NCBI GenBank assembly: GCA_035276045.1
Contig: DATELZ010000147.1
Location: forward strand, 2,626 to 66,625
Source: Pyrinomonadaceae bacterium
GTDB taxonomy: Bacteria; Acidobacteriota; Blastocatellia; Pyrinomonadales; Pyrinomonadaceae
Length of the DNA stretch: 64,000 bases
Direction of reading: 5' to 3'
The notes under the pieces are model-generated. The model did not search any database and was not told the DNA's origin. It saw only the letters and a program-made list of their open reading frames with translations. A program made the position numbers and the translations under genes. Positions 10,301 through 18,774 of this stretch are shown here, one piece after another; the first letter of the stretch is position 1, and each line of letters opens with the position of its first letter.

Positions 10301-13122
10301 CTGCCGGCGCGCTTTGGAATATCGATCAGGAATTGATGCGCGCGACGCCTGAACGCCAGACCGTAACAGTGAAGCCGATCTTAAACGGGCCACTAGGCGC
10401 AGCCGCGGAACCGGTAGTGAAGGATGGTCATGGCGAGTTGATTGTCCCTCTCGTGCAGGGCGAGGCCATGCTCAAGTTGACCGGCACTGGCGCGCCCGGC
10501 GAAGCACGCTTACGCGCGTTGATGGGCCAGATCGAAACTACCGCGAAAGTTCTGATCACTCCGGAATCGAGACCTACGATCCTCGTGGGCCTCGCGGAGA
10601 TGACCGTGGGCCAGTCGATTCCCGAAGTCAACCTGCGCGACGAGCAGGGCCGTTATCGGAATCGAATCAGCCTCTTCTACAGCGGCCGCATCGGCGAGCG
10701 AAATCAGTTGACCTTGTCTTATGATTCGCAGCGCCCGATCAATCGCGCCGGTGGACGTGACCGCGTGTTTCAACTCGATCCGCTCGATCGTGTTTATCCG
10801 TTATTCGGCGACTCTTCAACGCGCTATGAAGCAGCGCAGTCTAATTCGAAGCTCTACGCGCGCTTGGACCGCGATCGCTCTTACGCCATGTTCGGCGACT
10901 TTGAAGCCGACATGCAGGACTTGCCGTTGATGGGGTATTCACGCAAACTCACCGGCTTGAAATTGCATCTCGAGAACTCGCAGGGAGACTTCGTTTCGGT
11001 AACCGGCGCGCGTCCCGACACGGCCTTTGCGCGCGACGTGTTCCCGGCGGGCGCGCTGAGTATCGTGCGTCTTTCGCATGCGGAGATCTTGCCGGGTTCC
11101 GAAACCGTCGTGCTTGAAGTGCGCGATCGGCAAAACCCCGAAATCATTCTTTCGCGTGAAACACTCTCACGTTCGATCGACTACAACCTCAATTCGCTGA
11201 CTGGCGAACTGTTCTTCCTGCGCTACGTTTCCGCGTTCGACTTCAACCTGAACCTGATCCAGTTCGTCGTCACCTACGAGCATCGCGCGGCATCGCTTTC
11301 CAGCGCGGTCTACACCGGTCACGCACGCAAGAATTTTTCCGGTCTCGGTTTGCAAGTGGGATTCGCGACGGTGGTCCAACGGCAACAGGACGCCGGCTCG
11401 TTTGTGCTCGCCGGCATCGACGCCGAAAAGTCTCTGCCGAATAAAGGAAAGGTGCGATTTGCTTTTGCTCGCAGCCAGGGCGAGATCATGGGCGGCGGAA
11501 ACTTCTTCGCGTCGGGTGACACCGCGAGTGACAACCGTCACGACGGCAAAGCGTTCCTCGTAGAACTGGACCAGCCGCTGCCTTTCTTCCGCGGTCTCGT
11601 CCGGGCTCGCTATGCTTATTCGTCCGAAGGTTTCCTGAATCCGTTTGGCTCGACAGTCACGCCAGGCTCACGCCGCGGCGAGGTTTCGGTGGAACTGAAG
11701 CCGCTGCGTTCTTCGCTCTTGCGCTTTGGCGTAACTGACGAGCGGAATCAGACTGATAATGTCGATAACAAGCGTTTGACTCTTTCCGCGGCGTGGGAAC
11801 AGATCATCAACGAGCGCATTCGGTTTACGCTTGGATACGATCATCGGAGTCTCGACGATGAGACTTCCTCGCGCAGCGTTGAATCGAACCTTGTCACTGC
11901 CGCTCTCGATCTGCGGTTGACTGATAAGTTCAAGATCGCCGTCAAGCGTGAACAGAACCTTAGCGAAGCGGATCCTACTTATCCCAATCAAACGACGTTG
12001 GCAGCGACGTACCAGGTGAATCAGTGGGCCAAGTTCTTTATCACGCAACGTCTTGCTTCAGCGCCCATCATGCCGATAGCTGATTTCACCGGCAGCGGCA
12101 GCGGGTTTACTTCGACAGGCGCGCGCCGCGAGACTGCCGTCGGTATCGAAAGCCGCATCGGTAAATACAGCTCCCTCGTGGGCCGTTATCAACTTGAGAA
12201 TGGTATCAACGGCACGGATAGCTTTGCTGTTATTGGGTTGCAGAATCGGTTGCCGCTAACGCGCGAGTTTTCACTTGAACTGGGTTTTGAGCGTGGTTTT
12301 CACGTAGCCGGAAATGGCGAAAGCTTTAACAGTGCGACCGTCGGCTTCGGCTGGCAGCCTCGCAGCGATTTCCGCACCAATGCTCGTTACGAGTTTCGCG
12401 ATCGCGCGGGCGCTGGTCAGGTGTTGGCTTTCGGCGCGGCTGGAAAACTCAGCGAGGGGATCACTGCACTGTCACGTTTCCAATGGTCGCGCACCGGTTT
12501 CGACGGACGTCGCGGTTCGTCAATGGAAGGAACCGGCGCAGTGGCCTATCGCCCGTTGACCTCCGACAGGGCGGGCGTGCTTCTCAGCTTCACGCATCGT
12601 TCGTTGAACCAGGATGGTCTTAACGGAGTAGCAACACGCGATCGTCTCGACTCGCTGGCGACTGATGGATATTTCCAGGCCACCGACCGGTTGGAACTTT
12701 ATGGACGTTTGGCATTGCGATTCAGTGCGAATGGCCAGGCGGATCTGCCTTTCGTTTCGACCTTCACTTACCTGACACAGGCGCGCGCGCAATACCGGTT
12801 GACGGAGCGAGTGGATTGGGCCGCTGAAATGCGACGCCTGGCCCAACCTTCTTCCAGCACACAGCGATCGGTTTACGGTGCTGAGCTTGGCTTCTGGGCG
12901 TTGCCGGATTTGCGCGTCGGTTTGGGTTACAACTTCAGCGTTACCGGCGAGCCGTTCGGCGCGAATGTTTTGCCGGCCCGCCGTGGTTTTTACTTCACGC
13001 TCTCGTCCAAGCTTTCCAACCTTTTTGATCTCTTTGGCACGTCAAGCTCCGGTCTCGATCATCGGAGCATTGACCCTGCACCGCCGCGCACGCAGGCCAA
13101 GAAGGAGACCAAAGATGAATAG
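7312..13122 (+). CDS. Giant surface protein: N-terminal DUF11 repeats, SdrD-B/CarboxypepD_reg-like and Fn3-like modules, and a ~900-aa C-terminal region with beta-barrel-like periodicity
   Basis: 1936 aa with a signal peptide (LVLALMSFIFMGHQGKVLA). DUF11-type start: AEATYEDDLGTGYSAVSPIVEVTIQAVVSLRVTPD. Another module reads VGRVFIDENHNGKFDGSDTPVPGARLFLQSGQSVMTDSEGLYNLPSV. The C-terminal third is made of alternating-hydrophobic strands (RFTLGYDHRSL, LAATYQVNQWAKFFITQRL, FSLELGFERGF, ATVGFGWQPRSDFRTNARYEFRD, YGAELGFWALPDLRVGLGYNFSV, RRGFYFTLSSKL). Confidence 0.85.
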   Translation: MRFRSFLQNTLVLALMSFIFMGHQGKVLAFDGTPAGSVISNRAEATYEDDLGTGYSAVSPIVEVTIQAVVSLRVTPDETTASTTVGQRERITRVFRVCNTGNVPDTYTITAASVDSPATLVSLHFDSDASSTLTNADTQLTINGAASTSVLPGACLGVLAVVDVNDFPLGNLTIRLTAQSNAEGANGRPSDEGTIINAVGSAARLTSPTDNNLPPLKTVNGNDRSIVSPGMPFTYSIAFRNSGDTPARAVVITDNLPSQLEYVAGSLTLDSRSLTDAQDADEGNVQARRIEIRMETVAPGQLVEITFRARLVTGLAAAAGVLNVAELTGQNIAPVSSSVAVVIVDPFGTVFSGRGGGAAPIPGANVSVLLDQTDTSVLPIPSGAGFSPNVQNDNPFVTDGLGHFSFVLLPEQIGTETNPVRYFIKVTAPGYSTRMLEITARQTSAGLFTLTVHAVDGQPLARAGGFELVREDVSIENLASVALNIPMFEPNGLELMKSVDRPRAEIGEAIAYRIEIHNPTAAPVRDVVVRDRPPVSFHYASGTGRLTLGTALNQPIEPEIAGGELIFRIGEIGPGATARLLYRLRVGANAQEGERENVAIARGLFPNGETIQTVAARAIVFVGRGAFSTRQVIVGRVFIDENHNGKFDGSDTPVPGARLFLQSGQSVMTDSEGLYNLPSVSDGSQVLSLDPITVPNGFALTDGGSLSGRSWTRLLRTPLGGGALLRQNFTLAPKDGVDRQSLLAVPAKQAARKPAENPAGTYDVAPARIAWKAQPGVSRYRIQLATDERFQKVIFDGAVETAEYQANTLAPGRYYWRVAAHDATGGEFSKPAVFDVKSSTTKEVAATETLEPVAPGDIKILSPEPDTVVLSPAMLLDARVALHWKVKLEINGKLISDKNIGTVRQDQKNNVTTYSYVSLELRPGQNSIRATALGPNGAEGRTRELTVSGRGPATRLEIVPDKTQVQTGGRDWIVLRVRAFDQWNNPAADDQVAIQTSAGALWNIDQELMRATPERQTVTVKPILNGPLGAAAEPVVKDGHGELIVPLVQGEAMLKLTGTGAPGEARLRALMGQIETTAKVLITPESRPTILVGLAEMTVGQSIPEVNLRDEQGRYRNRISLFYSGRIGERNQLTLSYDSQRPINRAGGRDRVFQLDPLDRVYPLFGDSSTRYEAAQSNSKLYARLDRDRSYAMFGDFEADMQDLPLMGYSRKLTGLKLHLENSQGDFVSVTGARPDTAFARDVFPAGALSIVRLSHAEILPGSETVVLEVRDRQNPEIILSRETLSRSIDYNLNSLTGELFFLRYVSAFDFNLNLIQFVVTYEHRAASLSSAVYTGHARKNFSGLGLQVGFATVVQRQQDAGSFVLAGIDAEKSLPNKGKVRFAFARSQGEIMGGGNFFASGDTASDNRHDGKAFLVELDQPLPFFRGLVRARYAYSSEGFLNPFGSTVTPGSRRGEVSVELKPLRSSLLRFGVTDERNQTDNVDNKRLTLSAAWEQIINERIRFTLGYDHRSLDDETSSRSVESNLVTAALDLRLTDKFKIAVKREQNLSEADPTYPNQTTLAATYQVNQWAKFFITQRLASAPIMPIADFTGSGSGFTSTGARRETAVGIESRIGKYSSLVGRYQLENGINGTDSFAVIGLQNRLPLTREFSLELGFERGFHVAGNGESFNSATVGFGWQPRSDFRTNARYEFRDRAGAGQVLAFGAAGKLSEGITALSRFQWSRTGFDGRRGSSMEGTGAVAYRPLTSDRAGVLLSFTHRSLNQDGLNGVATRDRLDSLATDGYFQATDRLELYGRLALRFSANGQADLPFVSTFTYLTQARAQYRLTERVDWAAEMRRLAQPSSSTQRSVYGAELGFWALPDLRVGLGYNFSVTGEPFGANVLPARRGFYFTLSSKLSNLFDLFGTSSSGLDHRSIDPAPPRTQAKKETKDE

Positions 13123-15226
13123 CGCCGGAGGTCTCCCGCAAAGGCGCAAAGACGCAAAGAAAATCCCCTTCGAAACGCGGCAGCGCTTTGCGCCTTTGCG
13201 CCTTTGCGGGAAACTTTCTCTGCAAATTCCTCTGCTCGCGATTCTGGTAATCTTCATGCTCAGCGGCGTGGCCGCAGCGCAGACCGACGTCTATCACATT
13301 CGCGGCAACGCCAGCTCGACCAGCGACAGCATCTGGGCCGTCGATCTGACCACTGCGACCGAAACGTTGGTCTATGCAAACTATCCCGGCGGTAATGCGG
13401 CGACGTTGGCCCAGCGGCCCTCCGACGGAATGTTGTTCTACATCATCAACAATACGAGCGGCGAGAATGGAGCGGTCTATCGCTTCAACCCGGCGACGCC
13501 GTCGATCGCGCCGGTGTTGCTGGGTAATATCGGTCCCTCCACGAGTGGCAACGATGTTGGCAGCGGCTTTCGCATGGCCTTCCTCAACAACACGCTCTAT
13601 TACATGCCGGGTAACGGTGAATCCGACAGCAACACGCTGTACACCGTCAATCAAACGACCGGCCGCGCAACTGCCTCAGCGACGATCACAGGCACCGGGT
13701 CCGGTGGCGACATGGCGTTCTCGAGTACCGGCACGCTGTACATCGTCAACCAGAATCGCCAGCTATATACCGCTTCGGTCGCCGGTGGCGCGGCTACATC
13801 AGTTGGCACGGTAACCTTCCCAGGCGGCGCCACCCCGTCCACGCTTGGACTTGCTTTCGACTCCTCAGGCCGGTTGCTTATCCAAACGCAGAGTCCGAGC
13901 AACTTGTACCGGGTTACGCTGCCGTCGTTGTCGGCGTCGGTGTTCGACAATCTGAGCGGCGGCACAACGGCTACCGGAGATCTTGCGGGCGCTAACGTTC
14001 CCGCGCCGAATCTGTCGATCACTAAGACTGATGGCGTCACGACGGTTTATCGTGGTGGTCCAGTCACCTACACTGTCGTCGTTACTAACAATGGCACGTA
14101 TGCTGTCACTGGAACCGTGACCGATACGGTTCCCGCCACCGTTACCGGTGTGGCGTGGACTTGCGTGGCTTCCGCCGGTTCGTCTTGTACGTCGGCATCC
14201 GGCTCGGGTAACTCCATCAACACCAGCGCAATCCTTCAGGCATCAGGCACAGCCACTTACACGATCAGCGGCACGATCTCCGCGTCGGCCAGCGGCACAC
14301 TTACAAATACAGCTACTGTCGCGCCGCCATCGTGGTTTACTGACGGCAGTCCAGCCAACAACACCGCTACCGATGTCGACACGATTACGCTCAATGCCAA
14401 TCTCGGCATCACCAAAACCGACGGCCTCGCAAACATCAATGCCGGCAGCGCGATCTCTTACACGATTGTTGTCAGCAACGCTGGTCCGGACGCTTCGAGT
14501 GGTTCGGTCTTCACCGATACCGTGCCGGCGGACATTACCGGTGTGACCTGGACTTGCGGATCGCCTACCGGAGGGGCAACTTGCGGCGCTGCGAATGGCA
14601 GCGGCAACACGATCAGCACCACTGCCAACCTGCCGTCTGGTTCGACTCTGCGATACACCGTTAACGGCACTGTTTCGCCGACGGCAACCGGAACACTCAC
14701 CAACACTGCCCGGATAGTGACTCCGGCAAGTGGTGTGACTGATCCTAACGATCCCACCCGCACCGGCGCCGGCAACAACAGCGCTACCGACAACACGACG
14801 ATCAATCCGTTGCCGCCGAATATTGGTTTAGTGAAGAGCGTCAGTCCTAACGGGACGCAGCTTCCGGGCACTGATCTGATTTACACCATCGTCTATACGA
14901 ACACCGGCGGGCGGGCGGCAACCTCGTTTCAGCTCGTAGATCCAAATCCGCTCAACGCCGATCCGCTGGAGCGAGTCTTACGGAATGTTGATTTCAAGGT
15001 GGGTAGTATGGCGAGCAGTCCTGGCACGACAGGACTGGTGGCGACCTTCCAATATTCAAACGATGGCGGAACAACGTGGACTTACACGCCTGTCAGCGGC
15101 GGCGGCGGCGCGCCCGCAGGCTACGACCGCGTTGTCACAAACGTGCGTTGGACCTTCGCGGGAAACCTCAGCCACCTCGCCCCGAACAATTCCGGAAGCG
15201 TAAGTTTCACCGTGCGGATTCGCTAG
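13115..15226 (+). CDS. Secreted protein with a beta-propeller-like N-domain and three DUF11 repeats
   Basis: ATG 13115 has a strong SD (AAGGAG 7 nt upstream) and overlaps the upstream stop (GATGAATAG), so I trim the 12878 ORF-track start. A hydrophobic signal-like segment (LQIPLLAILVIFMLSGVAAAQ) follows a long basic leader. DUF11 modules include LSITKTDGVTTVYRGGPVTYTVVVTNNGTYAVTG..VAWTCVASAGSSC, LGITKTDGLANINAGSAISYTIVVSNAGPDASSG..VTWTCGSPTGGATC and GLVKSVSPNGTQLPGTDLIYTIVYTNTGG. Confidence 0.8.
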   Translation: MNSAGGLPQRRKDAKKIPFETRQRFAPLRLCGKLSLQIPLLAILVIFMLSGVAAAQTDVYHIRGNASSTSDSIWAVDLTTATETLVYANYPGGNAATLAQRPSDGMLFYIINNTSGENGAVYRFNPATPSIAPVLLGNIGPSTSGNDVGSGFRMAFLNNTLYYMPGNGESDSNTLYTVNQTTGRATASATITGTGSGGDMAFSSTGTLYIVNQNRQLYTASVAGGAATSVGTVTFPGGATPSTLGLAFDSSGRLLIQTQSPSNLYRVTLPSLSASVFDNLSGGTTATGDLAGANVPAPNLSITKTDGVTTVYRGGPVTYTVVVTNNGTYAVTGTVTDTVPATVTGVAWTCVASAGSSCTSASGSGNSINTSAILQASGTATYTISGTISASASGTLTNTATVAPPSWFTDGSPANNTATDVDTITLNANLGITKTDGLANINAGSAISYTIVVSNAGPDASSGSVFTDTVPADITGVTWTCGSPTGGATCGAANGSGNTISTTANLPSGSTLRYTVNGTVSPTATGTLTNTARIVTPASGVTDPNDPTRTGAGNNSATDNTTINPLPPNIGLVKSVSPNGTQLPGTDLIYTIVYTNTGGRAATSFQLVDPNPLNADPLERVLRNVDFKVGSMASSPGTTGLVATFQYSNDGGTTWTYTPVSGGGGAPAGYDRVVTNVRWTFAGNLSHLAPNNSGSVSFTVRIR
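13131..13214. repeat. CTTTGCG-type palindromic element, copy 1 (inside the 5' coding region of 13115..15226)
   Basis: GTCTCCCGCAAAGGCGCAAAGACGCAAAGAAAA..loop..GCGCTTTGCGCCTTTGCGCCTTTGCGGGAAAC. The arms are reverse complements. A near-identical copy in the same orientation lies at 28211-28296. Confidence 0.8.
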
Positions 15227-15507
15227 CGCCGCAGGCAGCAGTAGCGCCGAAGGCGCGGTAGACGGTAGCCAGAGGCAAGTGCGAGCGCAGCGAGCACGCC
15301 GCCTCTGGACAGCAAGAATCATCAATTGAGCACTGAAAGTGCGACAGAACAGCTTTCTTCTGTCGCTCCTTCGGAGCTCCAATCGATTCTCCTATGGACC
15401 AGGGGCCACGCGCTTCGCGCTTGCCCCTGGCTACCTTCGGTCGCGCCTGCGGCGCTTTCCTGCGCCTACCATCTGCTGCGCCTACCATCTGCCGCGCCTC
15501 CGGCGCT
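15226..15507. repeat. Composite palindromic element, copy B (core inverted relative to copy A)
   Basis: The left unit GCGCCGAAGGCGCGGTAGACGGTAGCCAGAGGCAAGTGCGAGCGCAGCGAGCACGCC..GTGCGACAGAACA matches the reverse complement of the right unit of copy A. The right unit (..CCAGGGGCCACGCGCTTCGCGCTTGCCCCTGGCTACC..) matches A's left unit reversed. The tail carries CCTACCATCTGC[TC]GCGCC repeats. Confidence 0.8.
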
Positions 15508-15511
15508 CTCC

Positions 15512-16003
15512 TCAATTCCATTGCGGCGGCGGTGGTGGAGACATTGAGACCGCGGTTCTGCCGTAAAAGGCCTTCACCTCGGGTTTCAGCCAATGGATCA
15601 ATAACGGAATACAGGCAGGCAAACAACACATGCTGGTCAGGCCGAGGCAGATGAGCACGAGCCCCAGGATCCAGACCCAGCTCTTACGCGGCAGGAATGG
15701 AGCGGCCGCGAACGGCGCGAAAAACACCAGCCCGAGGACTATCATCATGAAGCCCATGAACTTCGCTTCCGCCTCACTCATTTCCGCGTCAGGTTCAAGG
15801 AACAGAAACACGATTCCCATCCCTGCCGTGAACAAATAAAGCAAAGCCATACAGACGCAATAGGCAACAAACCACTTATAGACACGCGGGGTCGTCGTAT
15901 TCAGTGAGGCACTGCATCGCTTACACCACTCGTCATGGTCCCAGTTGACCAGACCGCAATTTCCACATTTCTTAGCCATAGTTTTAAAGTCCTGTCCGAT
16001 CAA
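15512..16003 (-). CDS. Membrane protein with an N-terminal zinc-ribbon (CxxC..CxxC)
   Basis: 163 aa with CGNCGLVNWDHDEWCKRCSASL followed by 3-4 hydrophobic helices. The start overlaps the kinase stop by 20 nt (15984-16003), which suggests translational coupling. Confidence 0.65.
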   Translation of the reverse strand: MIGQDFKTMAKKCGNCGLVNWDHDEWCKRCSASLNTTTPRVYKWFVAYCVCMALLYLFTAGMGIVFLFLEPDAEMSEAEAKFMGFMMIVLGLVFFAPFAAAPFLPRKSWVWILGLVLICLGLTSMCCLPACIPLLIHWLKPEVKAFYGRTAVSMSPPPPPQWN

Positions 16004-18752
16004 GCTCTGCGGAGATGAGAGTGAGCTTGTGTTCGTAGTTTTTGCCGAGCTCGTTTCGGCGCTGGAGGTTGAGCAAATCTTCCTGCGCCTTCAGCAGGTG
16101 TGAACGTGCTTCGGAAAGCGCAGCGGCATCCTTGCGCGCAGCGCCGATGGCGAGTTGGGCCTCGCCGACTTTGCGGTTTGATTCACTGCGCAGCACCGCG
16201 ATCTGCGAATTGTCGTTCAAAGTCGACATCCGCGTGACGTAAGCCATTCCCTTGCTGTAGTAAGCAAGTGCTTCCGTGAGCTTCCCTTGCCTGAGAAAGA
16301 TGTCGCCTGTCTTGTTGTAAATGAGGTGCGTCTGTTTGAGAAACTCGAAGTTGGACGGATCGTTGGTCGTGATCTCTTCCAGAATCCTGAGCGATTCGAG
16401 GTTCGCCTTGACGGCCTCATCGCCCTGGCCCATCGCGTCGCGCGCAAAGGCCATGTACTGCCACAACTCGGACACGTCTCGCTTGGCCTCGTTGTTTTTC
16501 GGGTCCTGCTCGGAGATTGCACGCAGAATCTCGAGCGCGCGCAGGATGTACGGAATCCCCTCTTCACCTTTGCCGGTGCGGGCCATCGCCGTCCCGAGGT
16601 TGATGCTCGTGGCGGCGACGAAGCGGCGATAAACCTCTGTCTGCGGAAACTCACGCTGCAATCCTTCGCTCAGTTCAAACGAGCGGCGATGCAGCGACTC
16701 GGCTTCGACGTAAAGTGGCGCAAGCTCCGCGTTAGACCTCCCGACTTCGCGCAGAGTTTCGGCGTGGTATTCGAGCCGTGTTCCGAGACGCTGAAGGTTG
16801 GCAGCCATCACGCGGCGAATCGTCTCGCCCGTCGGGTTCTGGTCCAGCGCGGCCTGCGCCTCTTCGGCGGACAGCCGATACCACTTGATAACTTCCTCAT
16901 CACCGCCCGCGAACTCCATCGTGTCGCCCTTCACCTGGTAGCTGCGGGCGAGCGTGTTGCGATGGTCCAGGTTGGCGGAGTCGAGCGAGACAAGCCGCTG
17001 ACTGATGTCCACCACCTTTTGTCCCATCGCCTCGGCCTCTTTCCACTGCTGGAGCCTGACGAGCAGATAAGCTTTTTGCTGCGCGGCGAGACGCAGATTA
17101 TTGAGGAGCGCCTGGTTTTTGTCGTCCTTGCGAACGAGGCTCTCAAGGATCTCAACGCTCTTGCCATAGCTCACGAGCGCGCCGGCCGAATCGCCGAGAT
17201 TGGCGCGGTACGTCTCCCCCTGCACGTTTCCGATTTTGAGGTACGTGAGCGCGAGTTCCTGGGCGAGGCCGGGGTTGTCCTGCGCATCCTGCGACAGGTT
17301 GTCGAGATATTCGAGCGCGTCTTTCACCAGCATCTCGCGGGTGGCTGTTGCGCCGGGCAGACCGGCGATCGCGTCGTGATATTTGAAGACGACGTTGTTG
17401 GCGAGCTTCCGCACCTGCTCGAAACGCTTCTCGGCGCGTTCACGCTCGCGCCGCGCAGCCCGTGCCTGGTAAGTCGTGCCGACGATGCCCGCGATCAGCG
17501 CAAAGAAGACGAGCGACGCAGCGACGACGGCGACACGGTTGCGCTTGATGAACTTCGACGCGCGATACGAGAACGTATCCGGGCGGGCCGAGACTGGCAG
17601 CTCCGCCAGATAGCGGCGAATGTCTTCCGAGAATTGTTCGACCGACTCGTATCTCCGGTCAGGCTCCTTCTTGAGAGCTTTCAGGACGATGTTGTCGAGA
17701 TCGCCTTTCAACAATTGCGGGTTGTGGATCGCGGTGGGCGCCGTATCGTCAGCTTCTGCTTGAACAGCATCGTCGATGTGCCGGGTTTTGACTTCTGAGT
17801 TCGCCAATCCGCCGTTCGCAATCGCCTGGCTGGGACGCGGCGGCTCGGTTTCGCACACGAGACGAAACATCTGATCGAGCCGCAGGCCATTCAAGTTGTA
17901 GGGCAACTGGCCGGTCAGCAACCGGTAGAGCACGACGCCGAGACTGTAAATATCTGTCGCCGTCGTCACCTGATCGCCGCGAAACTGTTCGGGGCTGGCG
18001 TAGGCCGGCGTCATCAAGCCGAGTTGCGTGGCCGTGCCGCGCTCGCCATCGTTTGTCTGCGAAACGACTTTCGCGATGCCGAAGTCGAGCAGCTTGACCT
18101 CGCCGCCCGGAGTAACAAGGATGTTCGACGGCTTGATGTCGCGATGCACGATCAGCCGCCGGTGCGCGTAGGAGACGGCGGCGCAGACCTGCCGGAATAA
18201 GTCGAGCCGCGCGTGGAGGGTCAGATCTCGCGTGCGGCAGTAGTCGTCAATAGGTTCGCCTTCGATGAACTCCATCACGTAGAAAGGCAGTCCATCGTCG
18301 CTCATCCCGCCGTCGAGGAGGCGCGCGATGTTTGGGTGCTCGAGTGAAGCAAGTATCTGCCGCTCGTTGCGGAAGCGGCGGGCGATCGTCTCCGTGTTTA
18401 GACCACTAAGAATAACTTTGAGCGCGACCTTCTGTTCGAACTGGCCGTCGTCACGCACCGCGGCGAAGACCGCGCCCATCCCGCCACGCCCGACTTCGCC
18501 CACGATGCGATAGCGTCCGATACGCTGGCCTTCGAGACGCGCGCCTTCGGCGAACGCGTGAGTCGCCAGCGGCGAGTGATCCAGCACGGTGTCGAAATCG
18601 GCAGCGAGCATTCGCTCGACCTCGCGGCGTGTGTCGACGTTGGGACAGGCCGAGTCGAGAAAAGCGCGTTGCGCGGGCGGTGCAAGGTCGACCGCGGCGT
18701 CGAAGATTCGTTTTATTTCTTGCCAGGTTTCAGGGGATATTTCGGAGGACAT
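15984..18752 (-). CDS. Ser/Thr protein kinase with a TM helix and a C-terminal TPR-repeat sensor region
   Basis: 922 aa. Hanks kinase motifs: GRGGMGAVF (G-loop), VALKVI, HRDIKPSNILV, DFGIAK, SPEQ. TM segment VAVVAASLVFFALIAGIVGTTY, then ~450 aa of TPR-like repeats. Confidence 0.9.
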   Translation of the reverse strand: MSSEISPETWQEIKRIFDAAVDLAPPAQRAFLDSACPNVDTRREVERMLAADFDTVLDHSPLATHAFAEGARLEGQRIGRYRIVGEVGRGGMGAVFAAVRDDGQFEQKVALKVILSGLNTETIARRFRNERQILASLEHPNIARLLDGGMSDDGLPFYVMEFIEGEPIDDYCRTRDLTLHARLDLFRQVCAAVSYAHRRLIVHRDIKPSNILVTPGGEVKLLDFGIAKVVSQTNDGERGTATQLGLMTPAYASPEQFRGDQVTTATDIYSLGVVLYRLLTGQLPYNLNGLRLDQMFRLVCETEPPRPSQAIANGGLANSEVKTRHIDDAVQAEADDTAPTAIHNPQLLKGDLDNIVLKALKKEPDRRYESVEQFSEDIRRYLAELPVSARPDTFSYRASKFIKRNRVAVVAASLVFFALIAGIVGTTYQARAARRERERAEKRFEQVRKLANNVVFKYHDAIAGLPGATATREMLVKDALEYLDNLSQDAQDNPGLAQELALTYLKIGNVQGETYRANLGDSAGALVSYGKSVEILESLVRKDDKNQALLNNLRLAAQQKAYLLVRLQQWKEAEAMGQKVVDISQRLVSLDSANLDHRNTLARSYQVKGDTMEFAGGDEEVIKWYRLSAEEAQAALDQNPTGETIRRVMAANLQRLGTRLEYHAETLREVGRSNAELAPLYVEAESLHRRSFELSEGLQREFPQTEVYRRFVAATSINLGTAMARTGKGEEGIPYILRALEILRAISEQDPKNNEAKRDVSELWQYMAFARDAMGQGDEAVKANLESLRILEEITTNDPSNFEFLKQTHLIYNKTGDIFLRQGKLTEALAYYSKGMAYVTRMSTLNDNSQIAVLRSESNRKVGEAQLAIGAARKDAAALSEARSHLLKAQEDLLNLQRRNELGKNYEHKLTLISAELDRTGL

Positions 18753-18774
18753 ACGTTTGGGGGATGGTCCTGGT

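Noticed and set aside
12878-13114. Long N-terminal extensions proposed by the ORF track. This also applies to 19442-19600, 21939-22004, 22260-22313, 23749-23883, 49892-49966, 55795-55908 and 19339-19434.
   Set aside because: The extensions overlap upstream genes or the tRNA, lack an SD, and add non-signal leaders. Internal ATGs with good SD motifs give proper signal peptides or family-typical N-termini.
16287-17798. A 503-aa plus-strand ORF, with neighbours at 16217..16654 and 16321..16632.
   Set aside because: It lies entirely antisense or out of frame to the Ser/Thr kinase gene, whose Hanks motifs are unambiguous. The translation is R/G/L/V-rich with no motifs, which is typical of a shadow ORF in GC-rich DNA.
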